From Macrostomum lignano (lineage: Eukaryota): DNA of 38,585 nucleotides. How positions within the stretch are numbered: the first letter of the stretch is position 1; each line of letters opens with the position of its first letter. Shown here in pieces: positions 1 to 10,356 of this stretch. Location of the stretch: positions 141,106 to 179,690 of the forward strand of contig NIVC01002373.1 of NCBI GenBank assembly GCA_002269645.1, read 5' to 3'. A program made the position numbers and the translations under genes. The notes beneath the pieces were generated by a model. It was not told where the DNA came from. It did not search any database and worked only from the letters and a program-made list of their open reading frames with translations.

Positions 1-367
1 AGACTTAAACCGCTCTGGCGCTGCAACTAAAAGCACCAAAATGCCGTTAGATAACAGAATAAAGAGTCAGCGCCAAGAGGAACTGAATGAGGCAGCCAAA
101 AGATCCATAAAATTACTGGTCTTGCCCTGGCAAATTTCATTTATTTGAGATATTTACTAATTACATGAAAATTGAAAGTGCAGTTCAGTTGCGCAGTGTT
201 AGAATTTGTTGAAAATTCGAGTTCAAATTTTTTAGACTTTTGGCCACTTCCAACACAGAATTGAATATTGGCCTGGTTGTCACAATTAATTTCGCAAACT
301 GACACAATAGCAGGAGTTAGGGTGCCCTTAGATTAAAAAAATCATGTGCAATGTGCCCTCCCACCAA

Positions 368-406
368 AAGCCCCCCCCCCACTTTGAAATATGTTCCGAC
401 ACCGCT
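368..406 (-). mobile_element. Possible terminus of a non-autonomous DNA transposon
   Basis: The minus strand reads cagcggtgtcggaacatatttcaaagtgggggggggg, resembling common invertebrate MITE ends (CAG start, G-run). No partner TIR was found in the window. Confidence 0.25.
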
Positions 407-621
407 GACTTCACTCAAACACTAATCGATTATCATAACTCAAACTGAACTCAAAGCTTCATGCTCGAGAACTATTCAAGAAAAAATGATGTTCCTATCT
501 CCACAGTATATTAGATTAATATTCGATTTCGAGTACTTCTGCTCGCTGAAAATTGACATGCAGGACTTCACCCAGACACTAATCGATTATCATAACTCAA
601 ACCGAACTCAAATCTTCATGC
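407..621 (+). repeat. 58-bp imperfect direct repeat (407-464 and 564-621)
   Basis: gacttcactcaaacactaatcgattatcataactcaaactgaactcaaagcttcatgc versus gacttcacccagacactaatcgattatcataactcaaaccgaactcaaatcttcatgc. Confidence 0.85.
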
Positions 622-960
622 GAGTGCAAGTGCAACATTTCGTCATGCAACTTGAATCTAGATAATTCATTTTCGTGTCGAAAATTGCTATTTTAAATTT
701 TGTAACTTCGTTATGCTTTTTCAAACGAGTCGTTACTCAACAAAATAAACTAACCACGATTCAGGTTCTGAAAGCAGAAAACATCAGTTTGTAAAAAGGT
801 CGCAAGTGTGAGAATACACTTGAAGTGTATATATTTGGTTCTTTTTAACAATAGAATTCTGGAATACTAAGTCGACAAAGAGACATCTAGATATGTAATG
901 TACAATTTTAAATCACCACACTACTATCAATTATGCTCTCATGAAGGTCCATTTAATCTT

Positions 961-1340
961 CTAAAGTTCAGCCTTAACGCCCGCTAAAGCAAGCTCTCGC
1001 CTCTTCAGTACAAACTCCCCAGCGTCAGCCTGAGCTCCGTGTTCCTCAAGCCAGTCGATCACTCGCTGCGCGGTCCGCTCAGCCATGGTCCAGTCTTCAA
1101 CGCTGCTTCGTCCACCGCTGGATTCCTCAGTCCACAGCTGCTTCCCTGCCCGAACTTGCCGCCTCATTCGATAGGCCAGCGATTCCAAATCGTCGCGCGC
1201 TTCAATCCGTTTGGCCTCCCATCGATCCCGATCGGCGAAGGTCTGCAGCCGGTTGGCCATTCGTTTTATTTCCTGCTGGTCAATTCGCTGGTCAAAAGTG
1301 TCCGTGTTGATCGTGTTTGACTTCATTTCGCGAGAGAGAC
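961..1340 (-). CDS. Last exon of a divergent BiP/GRP78-like HSP70 (helical lid and C-terminal KAEL)
   Basis: Translates ...QEIKRMANRLQTFADRDRWEAKRIEARDDLESLAYRMRRQV...VIDWLEEHGAQADAGEFVLKRRELALAGVKAEL*. This aligns with BiP [41 protein letters not shown]...IEWLESHQDAD...KDEL. Acceptor ctgcag at 1346-1341, phase 1. The upstream part of the supplied ORF 961..1641 is intronic. Confidence 0.8.
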
Positions 1341-2186
1341 CTGCAGATGGTGTAACGTAATACGGTATGAAATGAACGCGATTTCGTTGCGCTCTAATAT
1401 ACACTGCAGAGTGTTTACAGAACTTCTGTAAAAATGAGCTTCGATCTGTGGCATTTATAAAATAGATGGCGCCGTGTACTTTCGAGTCAAAGAGCACTGC
1501 ACCTTTGAGTCTCAAGGTCCGCGTCACTGTTTTGCAATTGGCGGCACTGCAGCATATATGATGTACATGTACATGCACCTGTACAGCATTCCGACGTCGA
1601 CGACGTCCGCCGTCAACGTTCCTGACGTCTATCGACGTCACTGACAGATATGTACTTTTACATTAAACCGACTTTCAGCCGACGCATGTAACGTTGTTAT
1701 CATCGGTCGATGTAACGTAAAAATACTTATTTTACGTACAGCGACGTCTAGCTATGATAGACTCAGCAATTTAAGGCCTAAGGGCGCCACAACTGAGTGT
1801 CAAGGGTTGTATTTTACATGCAGGAGATATCAAATAAGGTCTCCTATTTCGTCAGGGGCTGCATGAGAGACGTCAGTTTTGAGAACTCTGGGGTAGCCAA
1901 GCATGCACTATAGCTTTTGGGTGTCCAGGGAAAGCCATTTTGAGATGTCAAGTTGCGCCACTTTTATGGGCCGGGGTTAAAGGCCTTCCTGTTTGAAGGG
2001 GGGGAGGGTCAGCTACCGGCGCCTGCACTTTGGCTTCCGCACTTTTTAGGGATTAATGGGTGCAAATGTTTGAATTTCAGGACCCTACTGAGACGTTTTG
2101 ATGTAATATCTTGAGTATTTGTAGTAGTGAAGAAGCAGAATTTCTTTAAAACGCTGAAAGTCATCTGAATAATCAATGATGGTTAC

Positions 2187-3653
2187 TAACCGTTATCGTG
2201 TGCTCGTGATTGATAGTAAAGTTACTCCAAAGTGCCGGATAGAGAGTCTTCTTAAAGTACAACTGAACCGAATCAACGAAGTTCTTCATTTCAGCCACGC
2301 GCTGCTCGCCCTCGAACACCAGTATAGTTGCCTTACTGACTTCCTCGTCGTAGATATTCGGCAACGATACCTTCACTTCCCTCTTGGCTGGCAGCGGCTC
2401 ATTTCGAGGAATAACGGTAGTAAAATAATATCCCTTGGATAAGTAGCCCAGGCAGCGTGACGTGCTGTCGACAAGGGCGAAATCTCCTGATGCCAGCAAG
2501 CCGGGCTTGAAGGCTCCAATAGTGCCGTCGTCGAATGCTCTGTTGGCGAGGCTCCCGGCCCAGATTGCCGCGCCAACAACTGACGAAGTGTCTGGATCCA
2601 TCATGTCGCTGGGCTGGCCAACTGCTAGGATGGCGTTTGCCACGAATTGACGCAACATTGGAATTTTACTGGAGCCGCCAACTAGCAACATGTCATCGAG
2701 TTTTGCGGCTCGCGAGCCTGCTCGGTTGAGCACCGTCTCAGCAAGATCTGCCACGCTTTGGAACAGATCCATATTCAGCTGTTCAAACCGGGACTGCATC
2801 AGAACCTCAGAGAAGTCCTCGCCAGAAGTGACTCAGTCTGAACATCCGCCAGCTCACTAAAAGACAAAGTTCGAATTGCTTTTTCAACTTCTCTACGAAG
2901 CTTCTGCTGGGCGTTGGCACTCTTACGGAGCCGCTCCGCCAAGCCTCTGCCTTCTTTTTCTCGTAGAGCATCTCCATGTAGTGAATGACTCGCTGCTGGA
3001 ATATTTCGCCACCAATTTTAGTTGAGCAATCCTGAGCGAGGGTTCGGATTGCTCCGTTGCCAACTGATAAAACTGCGACGCTGAGCGACCTGGCGCCAAC
3101 GTCAATGACCAGCACGCGCCTCGGACTGAAGACTTCGACTAGCAGCAGGTAAGCCAGGGTAGCGGTCATGTGGGAATTGACTACGTGAACCTCTTGGAAG
3201 CCGGAGATTTTACCAGAATCTTTGATCGCCCTCCGTTGGGAATAGGTGGCGCAGCTGGCCAAACTGATTACCGCTCTGGTGACCGGTTCGTTCAGGTATT
3301 TTTCAGCAATTTCCTTCATCTTGCTGAGCAGCACGGCGACAATTTCTTCTGTAGAAAATGACTCAATGCGGTCACCAACTTTCACGTCGATTTTGGCTTT
3401 CTTGTTGCTACTAAATATTTTGTAAGGCACGACCTCCGTGTGATTCTGGACCTCTTCCTCATCAAAGCTTTGGCCGCCAAGAATTGGGAATAAAGAGAAC
3501 ACCGTGTTCTCCGGATTCGAGGTGAGCTGACTCTTCGCCTCGTCTCCGATGAGCCGTTTTCCATCCCGTGTGAATGCCACATAGGCGGGTGTGATTTCGC
3601 TACCCTGCTCGTTCTTCAGGACCGAAGCTTTGCCGTTTCGGAATACGGCAACT
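2187..3653 (-). CDS. Main exon of a divergent BiP/GRP78-like HSP70 (ATPase domain plus SBD-beta), interrupted by two frameshifts near 2955 and 2824; possibly a pseudogene
   Basis: Acceptor tttcag at 3659-3654, then VAVFRNGK...ITPAYVAFTRDGKRLIGDEAKSQLTSNPENTVF (BiP: LIGDAAKNQLTSNPENTVF). A third frame between the two supplied ORFs gives QKLRREVEKAIRTLS (BiP: QKLRREVEKAKRALS), followed by GEDFSEVLMQSRFEQLNMDLF and LLVGGSSKIP. The donor A|gtaacc at 2186 fits the phase of the 1340 exon; this junction is inferred. The 5' exon(s) were not located. Confidence 0.8.
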
Positions 3654-5004
3654 CTGAAATCATGCAGTGAGTTTGAGTTAATTTAACAAACGCATATTCA
3701 ATCGATGCTGAAGTAAGAAACAACGTCGGGAGATTCAAATTGGAATGGCGATTGCATGCATAGAGATCGGGATGGTTGTACACTGTGTACTATCACTATC
3801 ACACAGACGTCACGTTGATGTGATAAAAAGCTTTCACGATGAACAAAAGCGAATGTCAAAAATGGACATCGATCGTCATTGGAAGTCCAATCTGTCTGCG
3901 TCTCAGTCCAGTGGACAACAAATAAGGGAATAAGGGAATAAGGGAGTTAAATTATGTGACATGTAAGTCTACATGACTTAGTAGACAACATTTATGTGCC
4001 ATTTAGCTTAAAACGGAAGCAATTTCTCTGTCTCATCCCACTATTGGACTGTAATTCAGTGTAAAATCATGGATAATTTTGACTGAGCGATCCGGCTAAA
4101 CGTCTTTTGCTACGCTGGGGTTGCATCATCGAGATTTGGCATTTGCTTCCGCGGCCTGATTATTTACAATTTGTAATTGTTCGTCAAATGTGTCCCAAAT
4201 GATCTTATGAATACGCGTACCAATTAAACGAATTATTACCTGATATGCGAGGCGCCAAAATCAATACCAATCGAAGCGCCGCCAGTATGTTCCCTGCTCA
4301 GTACTTTGTCGTTTCTAATTTCATTAAACTGGGCCGCAGAGCATGCAAATCCGATTATAATAGCCGTTGTCCTTAACAGCAAGCTAAAAGCCATCTAAAA
4401 AAATTGAAGGCCATATATTGTTATAGCATAAGTCTGTTGAATTTAAAACTGTTGATTATTCACAAAGAAAAGTTTTAATGTAACATTGTTACAGAACTTT
4501 GCAGCAGCTAGTCAATGTCGAAATTTGAGGGCGTGCAAGGATACTAATATTGTATAAGCCTTCTGCCAAACCACGGTTCGGTACAAATCATTTCTAACAA
4601 TCAAGAAACGAATATTTTTCACCTCTTCTGCAACTGAATGAGAACCAATAGGGGCGTATAGCCAAATGAATTTCTCATGGGGGGATGCAGGGACATGAAT
4701 AGCTGCTGCTACTTGTACGCTCGTACATGCTGGCCCAATGGGCAGTTCACAGGAAAATTAAGCGTCATAAATCAAATACGTATAGCTGCTTGGTAGCTTT
4801 GAATGGCCAGTCAAGTTTCCAATTCTATGAAAACACCTACTCAAATTCACAATTTAGTGAAAAATTAGAAAAAAATCTTTCTATTGAATGCTTCAGTAAA
4901 TGAAAATCGATTTGACTGAGTTCTGATCAGCTGCAAGAATCAAATAATGTAGTACTATAGTAAATATATCGAACTGAATTAGCACTGATTGATGTTCAGT
5001 TGCA

Positions 5005-5274
5005 TATAGTCTATGAACCGTAGACTACGGATAATACAGTCTATGAACCGTAGACTACGGATAATATAGTCTATGAACCGTAGACTACGGATAATATAGT
5101 CTATGAACCGTAGACTACAGATACTATAGTCTATGAACCATAGACTACGGAAACTATAGTCTATGAACCATAGACTACGGAAACTATAGTCTATGAACCG
5201 TAGACTACGGATACTATAGTTTATGAACCATATAGACTACAGATATATAGTCCATGAACTATGGACTACGGAAA
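5005..5274. repeat. 30-bp tandem repeat, about 9 copies, palindrome-rich
   Basis: Unit tatagtctatgaaccgtagactacggataa, contiguous with no unique spacers. Confidence 0.95.
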
Positions 5275-6025
5275 TTTGAGACGAAATTTCATTAATTGAT
5301 TCCTTCCAAAAGAATTGTCAGCCTGGAACACGTTGTGAAATCTATAAATCTTAAATCTGCTTTAATCGCGACATACGAGCGTAATGCATTATTCTTACCA
5401 TCAAGGATCCGCTGGGCTTGTTAAAACAAACTTCTACCGCAGTAGTAGAGGCTGAATAAGTTCTGCTCTCAGTCCAGATGCGCGGATAGCTATACGAGCT
5501 AGGCAGTTTTTATCGTTTTGAGAATATTTAAGGCAATGACTCACAAGAATTCGTTTGCTTTATGCTACTTTTGTTTGTAAATTCGAAGATAGAAATTACG
5601 AAATTTACGGCTTGCAGCTACAAACTTTATTTTGAATATGTACACAAACTGAGAATGAGAGAAGTACAGTGTCTTGGCTCCAATTCAAAATTTGTACTCA
5701 AATTTCTTTATACACTGTACTCAAGCTGAAATGGCTTCTTTTGCGCTTCTTTTATAGCTCATTTCTTATCTAGCCGCTCGTCTATTCAACTTGAGTGACA
5801 ACAAGGTACAAGTCTCTCTGAGTCGGAGCCAGTGCACTCGTTCGAAAATTTATCATAGATGTAATTTCTGTATATTAATGACCTTTTTTGCAGGAATATC
5901 GCCTCGCCATTTTGATCAAAATACATTTTAATAGCTTTGTTTTACATACACACTAATTTTGTTCCACTGTCGGAAATTCATGTAAGTTCGTAAGGACAAA
6001 GCGAATGACTATAAGCAGTCTTGTT

Positions 6026-6360
6026 TTACTTGTTCACCTGGCGATTGACGGACGGGGATTCCAGGTGCCGTTGAATGGCCGCGCGAAAACAGACAAGAGA
6101 CTTCGGCGCGTAGTATGTTCCATCCTGCTTTCGAAGAGACGAGTAGAAAAGCCTCTGATAATAGTTCTCAAACTCATGGCAGAGCCCCTTCTCATTGAGG
6201 AACTGGCGGAACCTTGCCACGTGAAGTTTTCGTTGAGTCTCGGTGGATTACGGCACACATTCATTCTCAATCCGGACCAGCATTAGCAGACCATCGCTTG
6301 TTAGCTCTGGTAGAACTTCGGTACTGGACGACGCATCCAACGACGAATCCAGCAAGCATC
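6026..6360 (-). mobile_element. Degenerate fragment of a Crypton-like / DUF3504 (KCTD1/ZMYM/QRICH1-related) tyrosine-recombinase element
   Basis: Reading upstream through one in-frame TAA gives ...LVRIENECVP*STETQRKLHVARFRQFLNEKGLCHEFENYYQRLFYSSLRKQDGTYYAPKSLVCFRAAIQRHL. This matches the recalled pattern FY...RKKDG..Y...SL...RAAI.RHL of the N-terminal region of Crypton/DUF3504 proteins. The catalytic domain is absent. Confidence 0.6.
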
Positions 6361-7055
6361 GATTTGGTCCAAAGCGGCAATGAAACCCAATAAGGAGTTA
6401 CATCTGTGTAATGCTATACACAGTAGCAATGGCTTGCTAGATATCTAAACTTCTGATTGTAAAAGAATACAGCATGCTTAATTAAATGCCAACTATAATA
6501 ACTGATTGAGTTGATCATGAGTCAGAAGTAGAGTAGCGTAGATTTAATATAATTGATACATTACCATAGCTCAGCTGAAGGACCCACTGAAGGAGTAGTC
6601 ATACGCAACGCGCCAGACATTACTGTAATTCTATTGTCAGGGATTAGAGCCCTTAGAAAAGAACATTCCTTGTGTATAAACAATTATCCTCGCTCTTAGC
6701 ATCAACCAATATTTTGTACTGACTTTGCTAAACTTTACAATTGCTGATCTGCAATTTACCGAAACCTGCCAAAACAAAAACGCCATACAAATAGGTTCTT
6801 AAATTTGTAAATGCAGCTAATTGCATTCATATTACAAATTATAACAAAATAATGAGCCCTTCAAGGTTGGCCCTCAACACAACAACTCATGGTCATGTTC
6901 GTGCCCGAACTAAATTGAAAGACAGCGAAGTAAAGGCCACAAATATTTAAAAGTCGTCTTTTCGCGTTTTTCATTTGTTAACCCAATCTTGGATTCAGCC
7001 CTGGATCCCAGGATCCTCCGGACTTTGATGCTCCTATTAAAGCATTCTTAATAAT

Positions 7056-7350
7056 ATAGTTTAGTTAGAGCGTCGGACTCACGACTCACGTGGTCGGGGT
7101 TCGATTCTCGACCAACTAGGAACAATTTGTGTCCTTGAGCAAGACACTTACTCTGCATTGCTTCAGTTCACCCAGCTGTAAAATGGCCGTGCCAGCTTTA
7201 GCTGGGGTAACTGAGGGTGTGGGGCGACCCCCCAGTCCTTGGACTGAACAGCCGTACGCAGCCTTCAGATGCGCCGCGCAATAGCTGCGGCTGAGCTGTC
7301 GGTTGCACATCTGGCCCAATTGGAGCAGGTGTAATCAGCTATTGCTTTTA
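7056..7350 (+). mobile_element. tRNA-derived SINE with a CORE-like central domain
   Basis: A-box-like tagtttagttagagcg and B-box ggttcgattc, then tgtgtccttgagcaagacacttactct...cagctgtaaaatgg, similar to the CORE consensus tgtgaccttgggcaagtcacttaacctc...catctgtaaaatggg. The 3' end is approximate. Confidence 0.75.
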
Positions 7351-7646
7351 TTAAGATTTTTGAGGATGTCTGAGCGACAAAAGACAAAAAATCACCCCAT
7401 GCATTAATGATGCATTGAGCAGTGCAACTCTCAGTGCTGAACTACCTAAATCGTGAAAAAGCTCCGTCGCCTGTCCATCATCACCTCGGCTCACCATAGC
7501 AGTTTTAATATACTGCACCTTACAGGTATATACGTAAATGGTGAAGAGCTTCAAGATGTAAAATATGTGCACGCAGATGTACGAAATACCGAAGATATAG
7601 CAGACGCTATGCATTTCACCCAGGCTGTGATTGAGTTTTGAGGTCA

Positions 7647-7860
7647 TCCATCCAACTATACTAATTGTCTAAGATTTGTCTGTCTGTCTGACCAGATGTA
7701 ACGCTCTACAGGCTGCAATTCTTGACCAATTTTGATCGCGTTTTCCTTAAAAGATTTGTAGTTATCTGGAAAGAAGACAGTTAAAATTTCTTGTATCTGC
7801 TTCAATGATAACGGTTTTAAATATTCGAAAAACTGTATACTTTCTTATATACCAAAGAAA
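7647..7860 (+). mobile_element. 5' part of a non-autonomous Helitron-like element
   Basis: A|TC start, ctatactaatt, a (CTGT)n microsatellite, then a segment homologous to 10490-10550 (17-mer ttaaatattcgaaaaac identical at 7817-7833 and 10518-10534). The 3' end is unresolved. Confidence 0.5.
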
Positions 7861-7958
7861 AAATGGTCAGAGGATTTGCAAAGCAAATAGCAAATTGCGG
7901 GTTGCAAAAAATGAGTTCGATTATTGAGCCATCTGCACACTCATTGAGCGAAACAGTA

Positions 7959-8457
7959 CTGGTGAAGCATTGCTAAACTGCTGGTGAAGCATTGCTAAAC
8001 TGCTGGTGAAGCATTGCTAAACTGCTGGTGAAGCATTGCTAAACTGCTGGTGAAGCCTTGCTAAACTGCTGGTGAAGCATTGCTAAACTGCTGGTGAAGC
8101 ATTGCTAAACTGCTGGTGAAGCATTGCTAAACTGCTGGTGAAGCATTGCTAAACTGCTGGTGAAGCATTGCTAAACTGCTGGTGAAGCATTGCTAAACTG
8201 CTGGTGAAGCATTGCTAAACTGCTGGTGAAGCATTGCTAAACTGCTGGTGAAGCATTGCTAAACTGCTGGTGAAGCATTGCTAAACTGCTGGTGAAGCAT
8301 TGCTAAACTGCTGGTGAAGCATTGCTAAACTGCTGGTGAAGCATTGCTAAACTGCTGGTGAAGCATTGCTAAACTGCTGGTGAAGCATTGCTAAACTGCT
8401 GGTGAACAAATTGCTAAACTGCTGGTGAACAAATTGCTAAACTGCTGGTGAACAAAT
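7959..8457. repeat. 22-bp minisatellite, about 22-23 nearly identical copies
   Basis: Unit ctggtgaagcattgctaaactg. Confidence 0.97.
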
Positions 8458-8730
8458 TTCTGAAGTGGTGGTGAACCATAGTATTGTTAACGAAAGACTA
8501 CTTTTAAAGAGAAGTGCAAGTGCAAGTTAAGTGCAAGTAGTTGCGGGAATTATTGCGGACTGCTAAGTGAATTATTTGATTGCTGAAGGGACAATTCTAG
8601 GCCGCTGAGGGTATAAATTCTTAATGTTAACGAAAGTTGTAGACTCCAAAGTGGATAAATGCAGACTGCCAAGAGATGACTGCAGTCTGTTTTGCGGGAT
8701 TAAATGGAGGGATGATTTTAGATTGTTTTA

Positions 8731-10163
8731 GGGATGCCTGCTGAAGGATGCTTGCTGTCTGGGGGATGCTTGCTGTTTGGGGAATGCTTGCTGTCTGGGG
8801 GATGCTTGCTGTCTGGGGAATGCTTGCTGTCTGGGGGATGCTTGCTGTCTGGGGAATGCTTGCTGTCTGGGGGATGCTTGCTGTCTGAGGAATGCTTGCT
8901 GTCTGGGGGATGCTTGCTGTCTGGGGAATGCTTGCTGTCTGGGGGATGCTTGCTGTCTGGGGGATGCTTGCTATCTGGGGAATGCTTGCTGTCTGGGGGA
9001 TGCTTGCTGTCTGGGGGATGCTTGCTGTCTGAGGAATGCTTGCTGTCTGGGGGATGCTTGCTGTTTGGGGAATGCTTGCTGTCTGGGGGATGCTTGCTGT
9101 CTGGGGAATGCTTGCTGTCTGGGGGATGCTTGCTGTCTGAGGAATGCTTGCTGTCTGGGGGATGCTTGCTGTCTGGGGAATGCTTGCTGTCTGGGGGATG
9201 CTTGCTGTCTGGGGGATGCTTGCTATCTGGGGAATGCTTGCTGTCTGGGGGATGCTTGCTGTCTGGAGGATGCTTGCTGTCTGAGGAATGCTTGCTGTCT
9301 GGGGGATGCTTGCTGTCTGGAGGATGCTTGCTGTCTGGGGGATGCTTGCTGTCTGGGGGATGCTTGCTATCTGGGGAATGCTTGCTGTCTGGGGGATGCT
9401 TGCTGTCTGGAGGATGCTTGCTGTCTGAGGAATGCTTGCTGTCTGGGGGATGCTTGCTGTCTGGAGGATGCTTGCTGTCTGGGGGATGCTTACTGTCTGG
9501 GGAATGCTTGCTGTCTAGATCTGGGGGATTGCTTGCTGTCTTGGGGATTGCTTGCTGTCTAGATCTGGGGGATTGCTTGCTGTCTAGATCTGGGGGATTG
9601 CTTGCTGTCTAGATCTGGGGGATTGCTTGCTGTCTTGGGGATTGCTTGCTGTCTAGGGCATTGCTTGCTGTCTGGGGGATTGCTTGCTGTCTTGGGGATT
9701 GCTTGCTGTCTAGATCAGGGGGATTGCTTGCTGTCTAGATCTGGGGGATTGCTTGCTGTCTAGATCAGGGGGATTGCTTGCTGTCTAGATCTGGGGGATT
9801 GCTTGCTGTCTAGATCAGGGGGATTGCTTGCTGTCTAGATCTGGGGGATTGCTTGCTGTCTAGATCAGGGGGATTGCTTGCTGTCTAGATCTGGGGGATT
9901 GCTTGATATCTATGGGTTGATGCTTTCTGGGGGATGCTTGCTGTCTGGGGGATCGCTTGCTGTCTAGGGGATGCTTGCTGTCTGGAGGATGCTTGCTGTC
10001 TGGGGGATTGCTTGCTGTCTGGGGGATGCTTGCTGTCTGGGGGATTGCTTGCTGTCTGGGGGATCGCTTGCTGTCTAGGGGATGCTTGCTGTCTGGAGGA
10101 TGCTTGCTGTCTGGGGGATTGCTTGCTGTCTGGGGGATGCTTGCTGTCTGGGGATGCTGGCTG
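8731..10163. repeat. 18-bp minisatellite with 24-25-bp variant sub-arrays
   Basis: Unit ggggatgcttgctgtctg. From about 9515 to 9900 the units carry an extra agatct/agatca. The array is the source of the spurious (LLSGGC)n and (CCLGDA)n ORFs. Confidence 0.97.
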
Positions 10164-10356
10164 TATGAGTATTTATTAAAGGTTTGATTCTAATAAAGAG
10201 GGGTCTAAGGCCGTCAGGGATTGGCATATTGAGCTCCTGCAGACCAGAATATAACTAGGCCAATGACAATACGCACTAAGAGTTTATGCTTGAAAGGATA
10301 AGCACTATTTGCTAATTGAGAAAAGAAAAGACAAGCGCTAAACTGCTAAAAAGCCA

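Noticed and set aside
1817-1865. Second hammerhead (minus strand CUGACGA...GAUAUC within a catgcag/ctgcatg stem)
   Set aside because: The GAAA core is GAUA, stem II is bulged and stem I is mismatched next to the core. It is more likely a chance hairpin or a TE-internal inverted repeat.
961-3653. Bacterial dnaK or horizontally acquired HSP70
   Set aside because: It has spliceosomal acceptor and donor sites, BiP-specific motifs and a KDEL-like end.
3661-3790. BiP exon 1 via a 38-nt intron (…LFLTSASIEYA|VAVF)
   Set aside because: The phase fits, but there is no GIDLGTT-like motif, signal peptide or in-frame ATG, so it is not supportable.
5005-5274. CRISPR-like array (30-bp palindromic repeats)
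   Set aside because: The repeats are contiguous with no unique spacers, there are no cas genes, and the context is eukaryotic.
7056-7115. Functional tRNA gene
   Set aside because: No complete cloverleaf or acceptor stem; it continues directly into a SINE CORE-like domain.
7453-7641. LINE reverse-transcriptase fragment (IYVNGEELQDVKY)
   Set aside because: Only a short resemblance to the NGEELE.V..FKYLG motif; the YLG and flanking RT motifs are missing.
8734-10187. Cys-rich ORFs (LLSGGC)n and (CCLGDA)n as genes
   Set aside because: They are entirely an 18-bp minisatellite with no unique coding sequence; several frames are open simply because the unit is 3n and stop-free.
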